DNA from: the human T2T-CHM13v2.0 reference genome, Homo sapiens
Length of the DNA: 64,000 nucleotides
Reading direction: 5' to 3' (one strand)
NCBI RefSeq assembly: GCF_009914755.1
Contig: NC_060932.1
Of this stretch, positions 33,040 through 48,439 are shown one piece after another (the stretch's first letter is position 1; each line of letters begins with the position of its first letter). Below the pieces are notes generated by a model. It saw only the letters and a list, made by a program, of their open reading frames with translations, did not search any database and was not told where the DNA came from. The translations under genes were made by a program, and so were the position numbers.

Positions 33040-33225
33040 GTCAACAAAGTTTACTTGGAAATTTACATTCATCCAGAACCTCAGAATGTGCCCTTATTTG
33101 GAAATAGAGCCCTTGCAGATGTATTTAGCTAAAAAGAAGTCATGCTGGATTAGAGTGAGCCCTAAATCCATGACTTACGATGGACATATAAGGACATATA
33201 ACTTATGTCCTTATAAGAAAAGACA
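33040..33225 (+). mobile_element. MLT1B/C LTR 5' part, truncated by the old L1
   Basis: CCTCAGAATGTGCCCTTATTTGGAAATAG...GCCCTAAATCC...GTCCTTATAAGA. Confidence 0.75.
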
Positions 33226-35286
33226 ATTTTTTTTCAAGATGGTGGATTAAAGCCTTTTAGTGTGTGCTCAGCCACTTGGAAATAGCAAGACAGTGCATAA
33301 AGATCAACTCTGTGAGCTTAATTCAAGAAGGAAAATGGGAATCCACCAGAATTGTGAAGGACATTCCAAATCCCAGGGAGGAGAACGCCGGCAAACAGCC
33401 CCCATGACAGTGTATGGCTGATAAAAGTAAGTGAAGCCCCAGTACGTGAGAGAGAAAGAGAACCTCCCTCTGTAAGTCACATTTCCGTGGGGATCCGAGA
33501 AAGACAGGCCGAGGGAGAGCACTTTGTTTCTCTCAAGCTGTGGAACTAAGTTGGGGAGAGGTTTGAAGCCACTGTGAAGGAATAGGAATGGGAAAAGCTA
33601 CAGACATATTCCCAGACTCAGGACTGAGATCAGGATGCCATTTTTAATCTAGGCACATACAAAGTCACCCATTCTTTGCTGACCCGGTAGCATGACTGCG
33701 CAGGCATTTTAGTCTTGGGTAAGAGATTGGAGCACCTGCTCTGGAGTAGGGTAGGAGCCTCCACAGTCAGAACTGTGCAAAGTGCCTCAGCAGTAGGTGC
33801 TAGAATTGTATTCTCCCCCATCACAGGTCTGGGGCAGAAGAAAAGCTGCTACAGCTGCAGTTTTATGTGGGCAGCAAGACTTCAGCCAGGGCCATCTTGG
33901 CAACCTGGAACCCCCCTGCATATGCCATTGCTGGGTGCCCAGACTGCTCCTCTGAGATCATGGTGTAGCAGGGCCCTCTCCACTCCACCCCAGACAGAAA
34001 TCCAGGCATTCAGAGCACACTTGGCCGGGACCAGCAGCCTAAGCTGCCCCATCCATCCTGGACATAGACTGTGGTGCAGCAAGGTCTTCACTGCTCTACA
34101 CCCAGGCAGATCTCCAGGCATTCAGAGCACCGGCTTGCCCAGATCAGCAGCCTGAGTCTCCTCACCCCTCTTGTGCAGAGATCTTGGTGCAGGGGGCCCT
34201 CTCTCCTCCACACTCAGGTAGATCTCCAGGCATTTGGAACACCCACTCAACTTGATAAGAAGCCTGACCTGCCCCACTGTTTCTGTGCAGTGACCCTGGT
34301 GCAGAGGAGTCCTCTGCTACACACCCAGGCGGATCTCCGGGCATCTGGAGCATCCACTTTCCTGGATTAGAGTTCAGGTTGTCCCCGCATCACCATACAG
34401 AGAATAGGGGACTGAGGAAGTTTTCCAGCTCCACACCTAGCCACATCTCTGGGTGCTTGGTGGCCACCCACTGGATTCTCCCTCAGCACAGGTGCTTGTG
34501 CCTGCCATCATGGGACCTGCAGGTGTACCCCCAATGAGCACCACCTCCCCCCAGGGGCTAAGCAGGGAGCTCAGACCACTATGCATTCCACGAATCAGTT
34601 CATTGTCTAGGGCAACACAGAGCTTCTGCTAGTAAACAAGGATCAAGTATATACCCAGCCACACTGGCTGCACCAGCTCTTACCTATAAGCACCATCTAC
34701 TGGCTTGTAGATCAAACTGCACAGTGCGATATAAAACTTGCCGAGGGCTCTGCCTGGTGGCTCTGGTCCCACAGGGGCCGTTGGCCCAGGCGGACGGACC
34801 CTGAGCTGAGGTAGCCCGCTGCTGGAGAGGCTGTTCGCCTGGGGCGGGCTCTTGTGGACCTTCCTCAAGCACCAGGCAGGGTCTGAAGCCCATTTGAAGG
34901 TCAGGAGGCCCGAGGTGGTGGCGGTGGTCAAGCTGCTGAACGAGAAGGAGCAGGAGCTGCGGGAGACCAAGAGCTTGCTGCACGATGAGGATGAAAATTT
35001 AAGGAAATGTGCAGAGAATGAAATAACTTTGTGTCAAAAAGAAATAACTCAGTTGAAGCATCAGAAGAAACAGATGAAAATGATCTGATCCTGCAAGTAA
35101 CTGCAGGAGTTGGAAGACAGGAGGCAATGTTGTTTACTTCAGAGATATTTGATATGTGTCAGCAATAAGCTGCATTTAAAAGATGGCATTTTGAGACCCT
35201 GGAATATTTTCCAAGTGAAATAGGTGGACTTAGACATGTATCTGCCAGTATTGGGGGTTCAGAAGCCTATAGGCACATGAAATTTG

Positions 35287-35754
35287 TTTTTTTTTAATTA
35301 TTATTATACTTTAAGTTCTAGGGTACATGTGCACAAGGTGCAGGCTTATTACATATGCAGACATGTGCCATGTTGGTGTGCTGCACCCATTAACTCATCA
35401 TTTACATTAGGTATATCTCCTAATGCTTTCCCTCCCCCCTTCTCCCACCCCACAACAGGCCCCAGTGTGTGATGTTCCCCTTCCTGTGTCCAGGTGTTCT
35501 CATTGTTCAATTCCCACCTGTAAGTGAGAACATGTGGTGTTTGGTTTTTTGTTCTTGCGATAGTTTGCTGAGAATGATGGTTTCCAGCTTCATCCATGTC
35601 CCTACAAAGGACATGAACTCATCCTTTTTTATGGCTGCATAGTATTCCATGGTGTATATGTGCCACATTTTCTTTATCCAGTCTATCATTGATGGACATT
35701 TGGGTTGGTTCCGAGTCTTTGCTATTGTAAAAAGTGTCGCAATAAACATATGTG
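35287..35754 (-). mobile_element. 5'-truncated L1PA (468 bp) inserted antisense into the MTRF1L pseudogene
   Basis: Poly(T) plus L1PA 3' UTR and ORF2 C-terminus ([13 protein letters not shown]). Perfect 16-bp TSD AGGCACATGAAATTTG at 35271-35286 and 35755-35770. Confidence 0.95.
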
Positions 35755-36613
35755 AGGCACATGAAATTTGAAGGAGGTGTGCACAGAGTACAAAGAGTGC
35801 CAAAGACAGAAAAGCAAGGCTGCATCCATGCTAGCACCATGACTGTAAGCAGTATTGCCCCAACCTACTGAGATTAATCTGGTGACTAATCCAAAAGATT
35901 TGAGAATCAACACTAAGCGAGCCAGTGGAGCTGCGGGGGCAGCATGTAAATACCACGGACAGTGCTGTCCGGATAGTTCATCTTCCAACGGAAGAAGAAA
36001 AAGGATGAGAAGGAAAAGGAGTATTCCTTGAAAATAAGTAAAGAAGATTTTTCTATTAAAACTTTTTAATTCTTGTAACACTATTCCGGTGTTTCTGAAT
36101 GCCAACAAGAGAGATCTCACCCGAAAAAATAAAGAGCTGGCTATGAAAAAGTTATGTGTAAAACTGTACAACATGTATCTAGAAGAAGAAATGAATAAAA
36201 GACACGATGCTAGAAAAATTCAGATTGGAAGTAAAGGAAGATCAGAGAAAATAAGAACATATAATTTTCCACAGAACCAGGTCACAGATCACAGAATAAG
36301 CAAGTCACTGCATGATCTTGAAACTGTTATGCAAGGAGATTATCTACTGGATGAACTTGTACAGTCATTGAAGAAATATGCTGATTATGAATCTTTAGTA
36401 GAAATTATTTCCCAAAAAGTTTAAGTTGATTTTTTATTCATACACTTTTGTAGCTTAGAAAAATTCTACTACAGCATATCCACATAGTGTAAAAATACCA
36501 TTATTCTCTTAAAAAACATGAGTTAACACAGTTGGAAGAAATATGCGTATTCTGAAGTCATAGATAATTTACACAGATCTCTTTCAATGCATTAGTAAAA
36601 ATCACACAATATA

Positions 36614-36869
36614 CAGATGGTCCTCAATTTACATTGTGGTTAATTCCCAATAAACCCATCATAAGTCAAAAATACATATAACATTAGCAACACAGCAGTC
36701 TCCTACTTAATGACAGCTTGACTTAACAATTTTCCAACTTTACCGTGGTGTGAAAGAGGTATGATTCATAAGTCCTAAGGAGCTCCTCAGCTTGAAATGG
36801 GGCTACAGGCCGATAAACCCATCATAAAGTCAAAAAATCCTAAAACCATCATAAGCTGGTGACCATCTG
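36614..36869. mobile_element. MER47/Tigger5-like DNA transposon in the retrocopied 3' UTR
   Basis: TIRs CAGATGGTC...GACCATCTG, TA flanks and GATAAACCCATC motifs. Confidence 0.7.
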
Positions 36870-37430
36870 TAATCATGATGTGGTGGTAAATCTTGGACGC
36901 TTCTTTACAGTAAGTAGACAAAGGAAAATCATCCTTTGTCCTGTTCTATGTAAATATTTAATGAATTATCAAAAATTCAGTTTAAATCTTCATTATGAAA
37001 AACTTTAAACATAAAGTGGTAGAAATATGACAGTAAATATTATATCCTAATACCCAGCCAGGAGACAGAAACCATACCATTAACTTGAACAGGGATAATT
37101 TTAATATAAAAAAACTTTTAACTGATAATGGTATTAGCTATTAAGAAGGATAAAAAAGAGCTACAATGTCCTAGGACTGAGTACCCAAGGAAAGAATATC
37201 CTTGGAAGGGGCTCCTCTTCCCCATGGTGAAGTCAGACCTAATGGAAAGAGTGTGACTACTCACTACTCAGTGATAGGGTAGTTCCCTGCCTTGCCCTGG
37301 GCCAGAGCTGCTGTGCAGCTAGTGGATCAGGTCTTGCAAGCAAACAACCTCACACCCTCAGGACTGGTAAGCCAGGAGCCTCCTGCTAGGGTGTGAGCAA
37401 AACTTGGACAGGAACTCTCAGTAGATGTTT

Positions 37431-37874
37431 GTGTTTGTCAAGGTTCTCCAGAGAAACTACCTTAAAGGGATTGGCTTCTGTGATTATTATTAAGTCTAAC
37501 AAGTCCAAAACCTGGAGTGTGAGGCAAGAGGCTGGCAACCCAGGAAAGCTGATGGTGCGGGTCCAGTCCAAAGGTATCTGTTGGAGGATTCTCTTTTTCT
37601 TGGAAGAGGACAGTCTTTTTTCTCTTCAGCCCTTCAACTGACTGGATCAAGCCCACTAACATCGAGGAGGGCAGTCTGCGTTATTCAAAGTTCACTGATT
37701 TAAATGTCAATCTCATGTAAAAACACCCTCACAGAAACACCCAGAATAAAGTTTGACCTTATAACTGGAAAGTCAGAGCAAAAGTTAAATATCTAAAATT
37801 TTAAAAAAATATATGACCAAATAGTTGGGCACCCTGTGGCCCAGCCACATTGACACCTAAAATTAACTGTCACA
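37431..37874 (-). mobile_element. MLT2 LTR in the retrocopied 3' UTR
   Basis: GGTTCTCCAGAGAAAC...AAACACCCTCACAGAAACACCCAGAATAA...AATTAACTGTCACA. Confidence 0.8.
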
Positions 37875-37992
37875 GCATCCTCTTAGAAGCAAGAGGAGAA
37901 GCAAGAGAAGCCCCTTTATTCTGCAGTGTCCCTCTACCACCACCTACTGACAAAGAACGTGGTGCTGTCTGGCAAAAGGGAAATGTTCAGTT

Positions 37993-38268
37993 TGCCATGA
38001 CTTGAATGTGTCCCCTCAAATTCAAGTGTTGCCAATACAATAGCATCAAGAGGTGGGGCCTTTAAGAGGTCACTGGGCCACAAGGGGTTCTCTCTCAGGA
38101 CTGGGATTAAGGCCCTTATAAAAGAGCCTTCAGGGAGCATCCTGCTAGCTTGGTTTCTGTATGTGAGAACACAGCAAGAAAGCCCTAGTCGAACAAGTGC
38201 CAGATCATTGATCTTAGATTTCCCATCCTCCAGAACTGTGAGAAATATATTTCTGTTCTTTATAAATT
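37993..38268 (+). mobile_element. MST-type MaLR LTR ending abruptly at the pseudogene poly(A)
   Basis: GAGGTGGGGCCTTTAAGAGG...CTCCAGAACTGTGAGAAATATATTTCTGTTCTTTATAAATT. Confidence 0.8.
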
Positions 38269-38919
38269 AAAAAAAAAAAAAAACTTGCTGAAAGAAGTGC
38301 AGAGGGCTATAGAAGGAAAGCCAAAAGACCCTACCCAGCATTCTCTACAGTTACACCCCCTAGGGAGGGGGGAAAAGGGAAAGAAAAAATAATACTATTA
38401 TAGGGAAATAAAAAGAAAAACTCCTACCCACACTAAAATAATTACAAATATTAGAAGTGCCAAGGTCTCCAGATGAGAAGGAACCAGCACAAAAAATCTG
38501 AATGTAGTGACACCACCAAATGATCACACTGGATCTACAGCAATGGTCTGTAATCAAAATGGAAACTCGGAAATGACAGATAAAGAATTCAGAGTATGGA
38601 TTGCAAGGAAGCTCAATGAGCTCCAGGACAAGGTTGAAAATCAACACAAAGAAACTTCTAAAGGATTCTCTTCCAAGATGGCCGAATAGGAACAGCACCG
38701 GTCTGCAGTTCCCAGTGTGATTGATGCAGAAGACGGGTGATTTCTGCATTTCCAACTGAGGTACCTGGTTCATCTCAATAGGACTGGTTGGACAGTGGGT
38801 GCAGCCCACAGAGGGCAAGCCGAAGCAGGGTGGGTCATCGCCTCATCCAGGAAGTGCAAGGGGTCACGGGATTTCCCTTTCCTAGCCAAGGGAAGCCGTG
38901 ACAGACTGTACCTGGAAAA

Positions 38920-39103
38920 TCAGGACACTCTCTCCCAAATACTGTGCTTTTCCAATGGTCTTAGCAAACAGCACACCAGGAGATTATATCCCGCATGTGG
39001 CTCAGCAGGTCCCACACCCACGGAGCCTTGCTCACTGCTAGCGCAGCAATCTGAGGTCAACCTGCGAGGCAGCAACCTGGCAGGAGAGGGAGGTGTCCGC
39101 CAT
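38920..39103 (-). pseudogene. L1 ORF0 (antisense 5' UTR ORF) remnant
   Basis: Peptide SDCCASSEQGSVGVGPAEPHAGYNLLV resembles primate ORF0. The ATG at 39103-39101 is 1 nt out of frame. Confidence 0.7.
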
Positions 39104-39686
39104 TGCTGAGGCTTGAGTAGGTAAACAAAGCAGCTGGGGAAGCTCAAAGTGGGCAGAGCCCGCCACAGTTCAGCAAGGTCTGTTGCCTCTGTAGATTCCA
39201 CCTCTGGGGGCAGGGCATAGCTGAACAAAAGGCAGCAGAAACTTCTGCAGACTTAAACGTCCCTGTCTGACAGCTCTTAACAGAGCAGTGGTTCTCCCGG
39301 CATGGTGCATGAGCTCTGAGAATGGAAAGACTGCCTCCTCGAGTGGGTCCCTGACCCCCATGTAGCCTAACTGGGAGACACTTCCCAGTAGGGGCCAACT
39401 AACACCTCATACAGGCGGATGCCCCTCTGGGATGAAACTTCCAGAGGAAGGATCAGGCAGCAATATTTGCTGTTCTGCAGCCTCTGCTGGTGATACCCAG
39501 GCAAATAGGGTCTGGAGTGGACCTCCAGCAAACTCCAACAGACCTGCAGCTGAGGGACCTGACTATTAGAAGGAAAACTAACAAACAGAAAAGAATAGCA
39601 TCAACATCAACAAAAAGCACATCCACACCAAAACCCCATCTGTAGGCTGCCAACATCAAAAACCAAAGGTAGATAAAACCACAAAG

Positions 39687-40701
39687 ATGGAGAGAAACCA
39701 GAGCAGAAAAGTTGAAAATTCTAAAAACCAGAGTGCCTCTTCTCCTCCAAAGGACGACAGCTGGTGAGGACCAGCAATGAAACAAAGCTGGATGGAGAAT
39801 GACTTTGATGACCTGACAGAAGTAGACTTCACAAGGTCAGTAATAACAAACTTCTCTGAGCTAAAGGAGGATGTTCAAACCCATCACAAGGAAGCTAAAA
39901 ACCTTGAAAAAAGATTAGATGAATGGCTAACTAGAATAAACAGTGTAGAGAACACCTTAAATGACCTGATGGAGCTGAAAACCATGGCATGAGAACTACG
40001 TGATGCATGCACAATCTTCAACAGCCGATTCAATCAAGAGGAAGAAAGTGTATCAGTGATTGAAGATCAAATTAATGAGATAAAGTGAGAAGAGAAGTTT
40101 AGAGAAAAAAAGTAAAAAGAAATGAACAAAGCCTCCAAGAAATATGGGACTATGTGAAAAGACCAAATCTACATTTGATTGGTGTACCTGAAAGTGATGG
40201 GGAGAATGGAACCAAGTTGGAAAACACTCTTCAGGATATTATCCAGGAGAACTTCCCCAATCTAGCAAGGCAGGCCAACATTGAAATTCGGGAAATACAG
40301 AGAACACCACAAAGATACTCCTCGAGAAGAGCAACCCCAAGACACATAATTGTCAGATTCACCAAGATTGAAATGAAGGAAAAAAATGTTAAGGGCAGCC
40401 AGAGAGAAAGGTCAGGTTACCCACAAAAGGAAGTCCAACAGACTAACAGCAGATCTCTCAGCAGAAACTCCACAAGCCAGATGAGAGTGGGGGCCAATAT
40501 CCAACATTCCTAAAGAAAAGAATTTTCAACCCAGAATTTCATATCCAGCCAAACTAAGCTTCATAAGTGAAGAAGAAATAAAACCCTTTACAGACAAGCA
40601 AATGCTGAGAGATTTTGTCATCACCAGGCCTGCCCTAAAAGAGCACTAAACATGGAAAGGAACAACTGGTACCAGACACTGCAAAAACAGCCAAATTGTA
40701 A
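39687..40701 (+). pseudogene. L1 ORF1p remnant (stops and frameshifts)
   Basis: ATG at 39687. Fragments MENDFDDLTE...LMELKTMA and KRPNLHLIGVPESDGENGTKLENTLQDIIQENFPNLARQ appear in the ORF track. Confidence 0.9.
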
Positions 40702-40764
40702 AGACCATTGATGCTAGGAAGAAACTGCATCAACTAACAAGCAAAATAACCAGCTAACATCATA

Positions 40765-44580
<3,816 letters not shown>

Positions 44581-45020
44581 ACAATGAGAACACTTGGACA
44601 CAGGGTGGGGAACATCACACACTGGGGCCTCTCGTGGGGTGGGGAGCAGGGGGAGGGATAGCATTAGGAGAAGTACCTAATGTAAATGACGAGTTAACGG
44701 GTGCAGCACACCAACATGGCTTATGTATACCTATGTAACAAACCTGCACGTTGTGCACTTGTACCCTAGAACTTAAAGTATAGTTTTTAAAAAAAAGAAA
44801 AAAAATACTTCTAAAGCAATCTAGGAAATGAAGGAAGAGATAAACATCTTAAAAAGAAATCAGTCAGAGTTTCTAGATTTGAAAAACTCACTTAAGGCAT
44901 TTCAAAATAAAACTGAAACCTTTATCAATAGACTGGACCAAGAAGAAGAAAAAGTCTGAGCTAGAGCTTGAAGACCAGTTTTTGAACTAATCCAGTCAGA
45001 CAAAAGTAAAGAAAAAAGAG

Positions 45021-45094
45021 TTTTTATTTTTTTTTATTATACTTTAAGTTCTGGGGTTTGTTACATAGGTATACATGTTTGATGTCGGTTTGCT
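45021..45094 (-). mobile_element. Very short L1PA 3' tail, no TSD
   Basis: Poly(T) followed by TTATTATACTTTAAGTTCTGGG...TTTGTTACATAGGTATACATG. Confidence 0.8.
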
Positions 45095-45382
45095 GAAGAC
45101 CTGAAGGAAGTGGGTGGCAAGCCATGTGCACGTTCAAGGCAGGTCATTCCAGGCAGAAGGAACAACAGGTGAGAATGCCCTGAGATGGGACTGTGCCTGA
45201 GGGCTTAAGGGACAGCAAGTATGCCATGTGGCTGGAGGGAGCAGCTAAGGAAAAATTATGAAGCGATGGGGACAGAAGCAAGCAAGGGCAAATCCTGTGC
45301 ACTATTAGGATTCTGCTTTTTACTTTGAACTAGAGGGGAAATTATTAGAGCATTTTGAGTAGAAAAAAATGCAGAAAAGTTC

Positions 45383-48300
45383 ATTTGTATCTCTCCTTTT
45401 GAGAAATGTCTGTTTGGATCCCTTGCCCATTTTTAAATCAGATTATTTGTTTTCTTGCTATTGAGTTGTTTGAGTTCCTTATATGGTCATGCATCATATA
45501 AAGACATTTCTGACAATGACAGGCCACACGTATGACGGTGGTCCCATAAGATTATAATGGAGCTGAAAAATCCTATCGCCTGCTGACGTTGTAGCTGTCC
45601 TAATATCCTGGCAGAACTCATTCTTCACATGTATGTGGTGATGCTGCTGTCAACAAACCTACTTCACAGCCAGCCATATAAAAGTATAGCACACACAGTT
45701 ATCTATAATACAGAATACTTGCTAATAATCATAAATGACTGCATTACTGGCTTATGTGTTTACTATAGATTGTTATTTTAGAATGTATTCATTTGTCATA
45801 TTTTTTTAATTTAATATAAAACAGACTCAGGCATGTCCTTCAGGATGCATTCCAGAAGAAAGCCTTGTTATCCTAGGAGATGACACCTCCATGCATGTTA
45901 TTGTCCCTGAAGACCTTCCAGTGGGACCAGGTGTGGAGGTGGAAGAAAGTGATATTGCTTATCCTAACCCTACGTAGGACTGGGCTAATGTGTTTGTGTT
46001 TGTGTCTTCATTTTTAACAAAAAGTTTACAAACTAAAAAATAAAGAAAAAGAAATTTTACATAGAAAAAAGCTTATAGAATAAGGATATAAGAAAATGTT
46101 ATGTACAGCTTTAGAATGTTTGGGTTTTAAGCTAAATATTATAAAAGAGTCAAAAGGTTTGCAAAAAAATAAAAAGTTTATAAAGTAAAAAGTCACAGTA
46201 AGCTAAGTTCATTGTTGAAGAAAGAAAAATATTTTTTGTAAGTTTAGTGTAGCCTAAGTGTATAGTATTTATAAAGTCTACTGTAGTGTATAGCAATCCT
46301 AGGCCCTCTCATTCACTCACCGCTCACTCACTGACTCACTCAGAGCAACTTTCAGTTCATAGTAAGCTATTTCTGCAAGTTCCGTTCATGGTAAGGGCTT
46401 TATACAGGTGTACCATTTTTAATTTTTATACTTTATTTTTACTGTACCTTTACTACTTCAGATTTGTTTAGTTACACAAATTCTTATAATTATGTTACAG
46501 CTGTCTATAGTATTCAGTACATTAACATGCTGTACAGGTTTATAGCCTTTGAGCAATAGGCCATACCATATAGCTTAGGTGTGCAGTAGACTATATTGTC
46601 TACGTTTGTGTAAGTACACTTTATGGTGTTCCCACAACTGAAACCACCTAATGATGCATTTATTAGAATGTAGCTCCATCATTAAGCAACTGATTTATAC
46701 ACGACTATATATTTTGGATATTAGCTCCCTAGCAGATGTATGGATTGCAAATATTTTCTCCTAATCCATAGGTTGTCTCTTCACTCTGTTAATTTCTTCC
46801 TTTACTGCACAGAAGCTTTTTAACTTAATGGAATCCATTTGTCTAATTTTGCTATTGTTGCCCGTGCTTTCGGAGTTCTACCCAATAAATCATTGCCCAG
46901 ACCAGTGTCATGGAGCTTTTCCCTATGTTTTCTTCTGGTAGCCTTGCCGTTTCAAGTCTTACGTTTAAGTCTTTTATCCGTTTTGAATTGATTTTTTTTT
47001 ATGGTGTGAGTATAAAGGTCCAATTTTATTCTTCTGAATGTGGATATCCAGTTTTCCCAATACCATTTATTGAAGAGATTGTTCTTTCCCCATTACGCAT
47101 TCTTGGCACTTTTGTTGAAAATCAATTGACCCTAAATACTTCGGTTTATTTCTGGGCTTTTTATCCTGTTCCATTGGCCAATTTGTCTGTTGTAATGCCA
47201 GTACCATGTTGTTTTGATTATAATATCTTTATAATATAATTTTAAAATCAGAAACTGTGATGCCTCCAGTTTTGTTATTTTAACTCAAAATTGTTTGGCT
47301 ATTCACAGTCTTTTCTGGTTGTATATGAATTTGGGGGTTTTTTTCTATTTCTGTGAAAATGATATTAGAATTTTGATAAGAATTGCATTGAATCTGTAGA
47401 TCACTTTGGGTAGTAGGGATATTTTAACAGCATCAGTTCTTCCAGTCCATGAACATGGGATTTTTCTAATTTATTTGTGTCTTCTTTAATTGTTGTCATC
47501 AATGCTCAATCATCAGGGAAATATTCTAATCATCAGGAAAATGCAAATTAAAATTACAATGAGCTATCCCCTCACACCTGTTAGAATGGCTATTAGCAGA
47601 TAAATGAAAGATAAGTGTTGGTGAGGATGTGAAAAAAAGGAAAGTCTTGTAGGCTGTTGCTGGGAATGTAAATTAATACAGCCATGTTAGAAGACAGTAT
47701 GGAGGTCCCTCAAAAAACTAAAAGCAACAGAACTACCATATGATTCAACAATCCCACTTCTAGTTATATATCCACAAGAAGTGAAATCAATAAGAAGTTA
47801 GAGAAATATCTGCACTCCCATATTCATTGATGTGTTATTTACAATAGATGAAACCAATCTAAGTGTTCATAAACAGATGAGTGAATAAAGAAAATGTAAT
47901 ATATATATATATATATACATGAAATAATATTCAGCCTTAAAAAAGAAGGATATGCTTTCATTTGTGACAACACAGATGAATGTGGAGGACATAATGCTAA
48001 GTGAAATAAGCCAGGCACAAAAGGAAAAATACTGCATAATCTCACTTATATGAAAAATTTTTAAGTTAAACTCATAGAAATAGAGAGTAGGACGGAGGTT
48101 ACCAGATACTAGGGCGGGACTAAGATGGGGGTTATTGAAGAGATGTTGGTCAAAGAGTACAAAGTTTCAATTAAACAGAAGGAATAAGTTTTTGAGATCT
48201 ATTGTACAACAGGGTGACCATAGTTAATCGCTGAGAGTAAATTGCAAATGCCCCATCACAAAAAATGATGAGAAAGTGAAGTGATAGATATATTAATGTG

Positions 48301-48400
48301 CTTGATGGAATCATCCCCTATTGTATACATATATCAAAATATCACATTTTGCCCCATAAAAATATACAATTATGATTTATCAACTTAAAGTAATATTCAT
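45383..48400 (+). mobile_element. 5'-inverted L1MA-type element (inverted part 45383-47504(-), sense part 47501-~48400(+)), interrupted by Tigger3b
   Basis: Antisense ORF2 flips to sense at GTCATC-AATG-CTCAA, followed by an L1MA-type 3' UTR. Confidence 0.8.
45484..46707. mobile_element. Tigger3b/MER7B (TcMar-Tigger) non-autonomous DNA transposon
   Basis: GACGGTGGTCCCATAAGATTATAATGGAGCTGAAAAA end, degenerate CAGTCATG TIRs and TA flanks. Host L1 is contiguous across it. Confidence 0.85.
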
Positions 48401-48439
48401 TTTAGAAACAAAAAATCTGTTCAATAATCTAATGATATC

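Larger units (their letters stand above)
34745..38279 (+). pseudogene. MTRF1LP2: Processed pseudogene of MTRF1L (mitochondrial release factor mtRF1a), 5'-truncated by ~7 codons, with ~1.85 kb 3' UTR and poly(A)
   Basis: Intronless peptides [14 protein letters not shown]...[38 protein letters not shown] and [14 protein letters not shown]...[12 protein letters not shown] (stop 36422-36424). Disablements: TAA at 35166-35168 and +1 frameshifts near 35848 and inside the GGQ motif (~35933-35939). Poly(A) from 38269. TSD AAAACTTGCCGA (34733-34744) / AAAACTTGCTGA (38280-38291). The P2 suffix is recalled from adjacency to GSDMC. Confidence 0.93.

Noticed and set aside
33985-34350. Novel ~110-bp tandem repeat family
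   Set aside because: The units lie inside the 5' UTR of the old L1, where such internal repeats are expected.
34852-36424. Functional release-factor gene or bacterial RF1 transfer
   Set aside because: In-frame stop, frameshifts including in GGQ, L1 insertion, missing start, poly(A) and TSD. The peptides match the mammalian nuclear gene MTRF1L.
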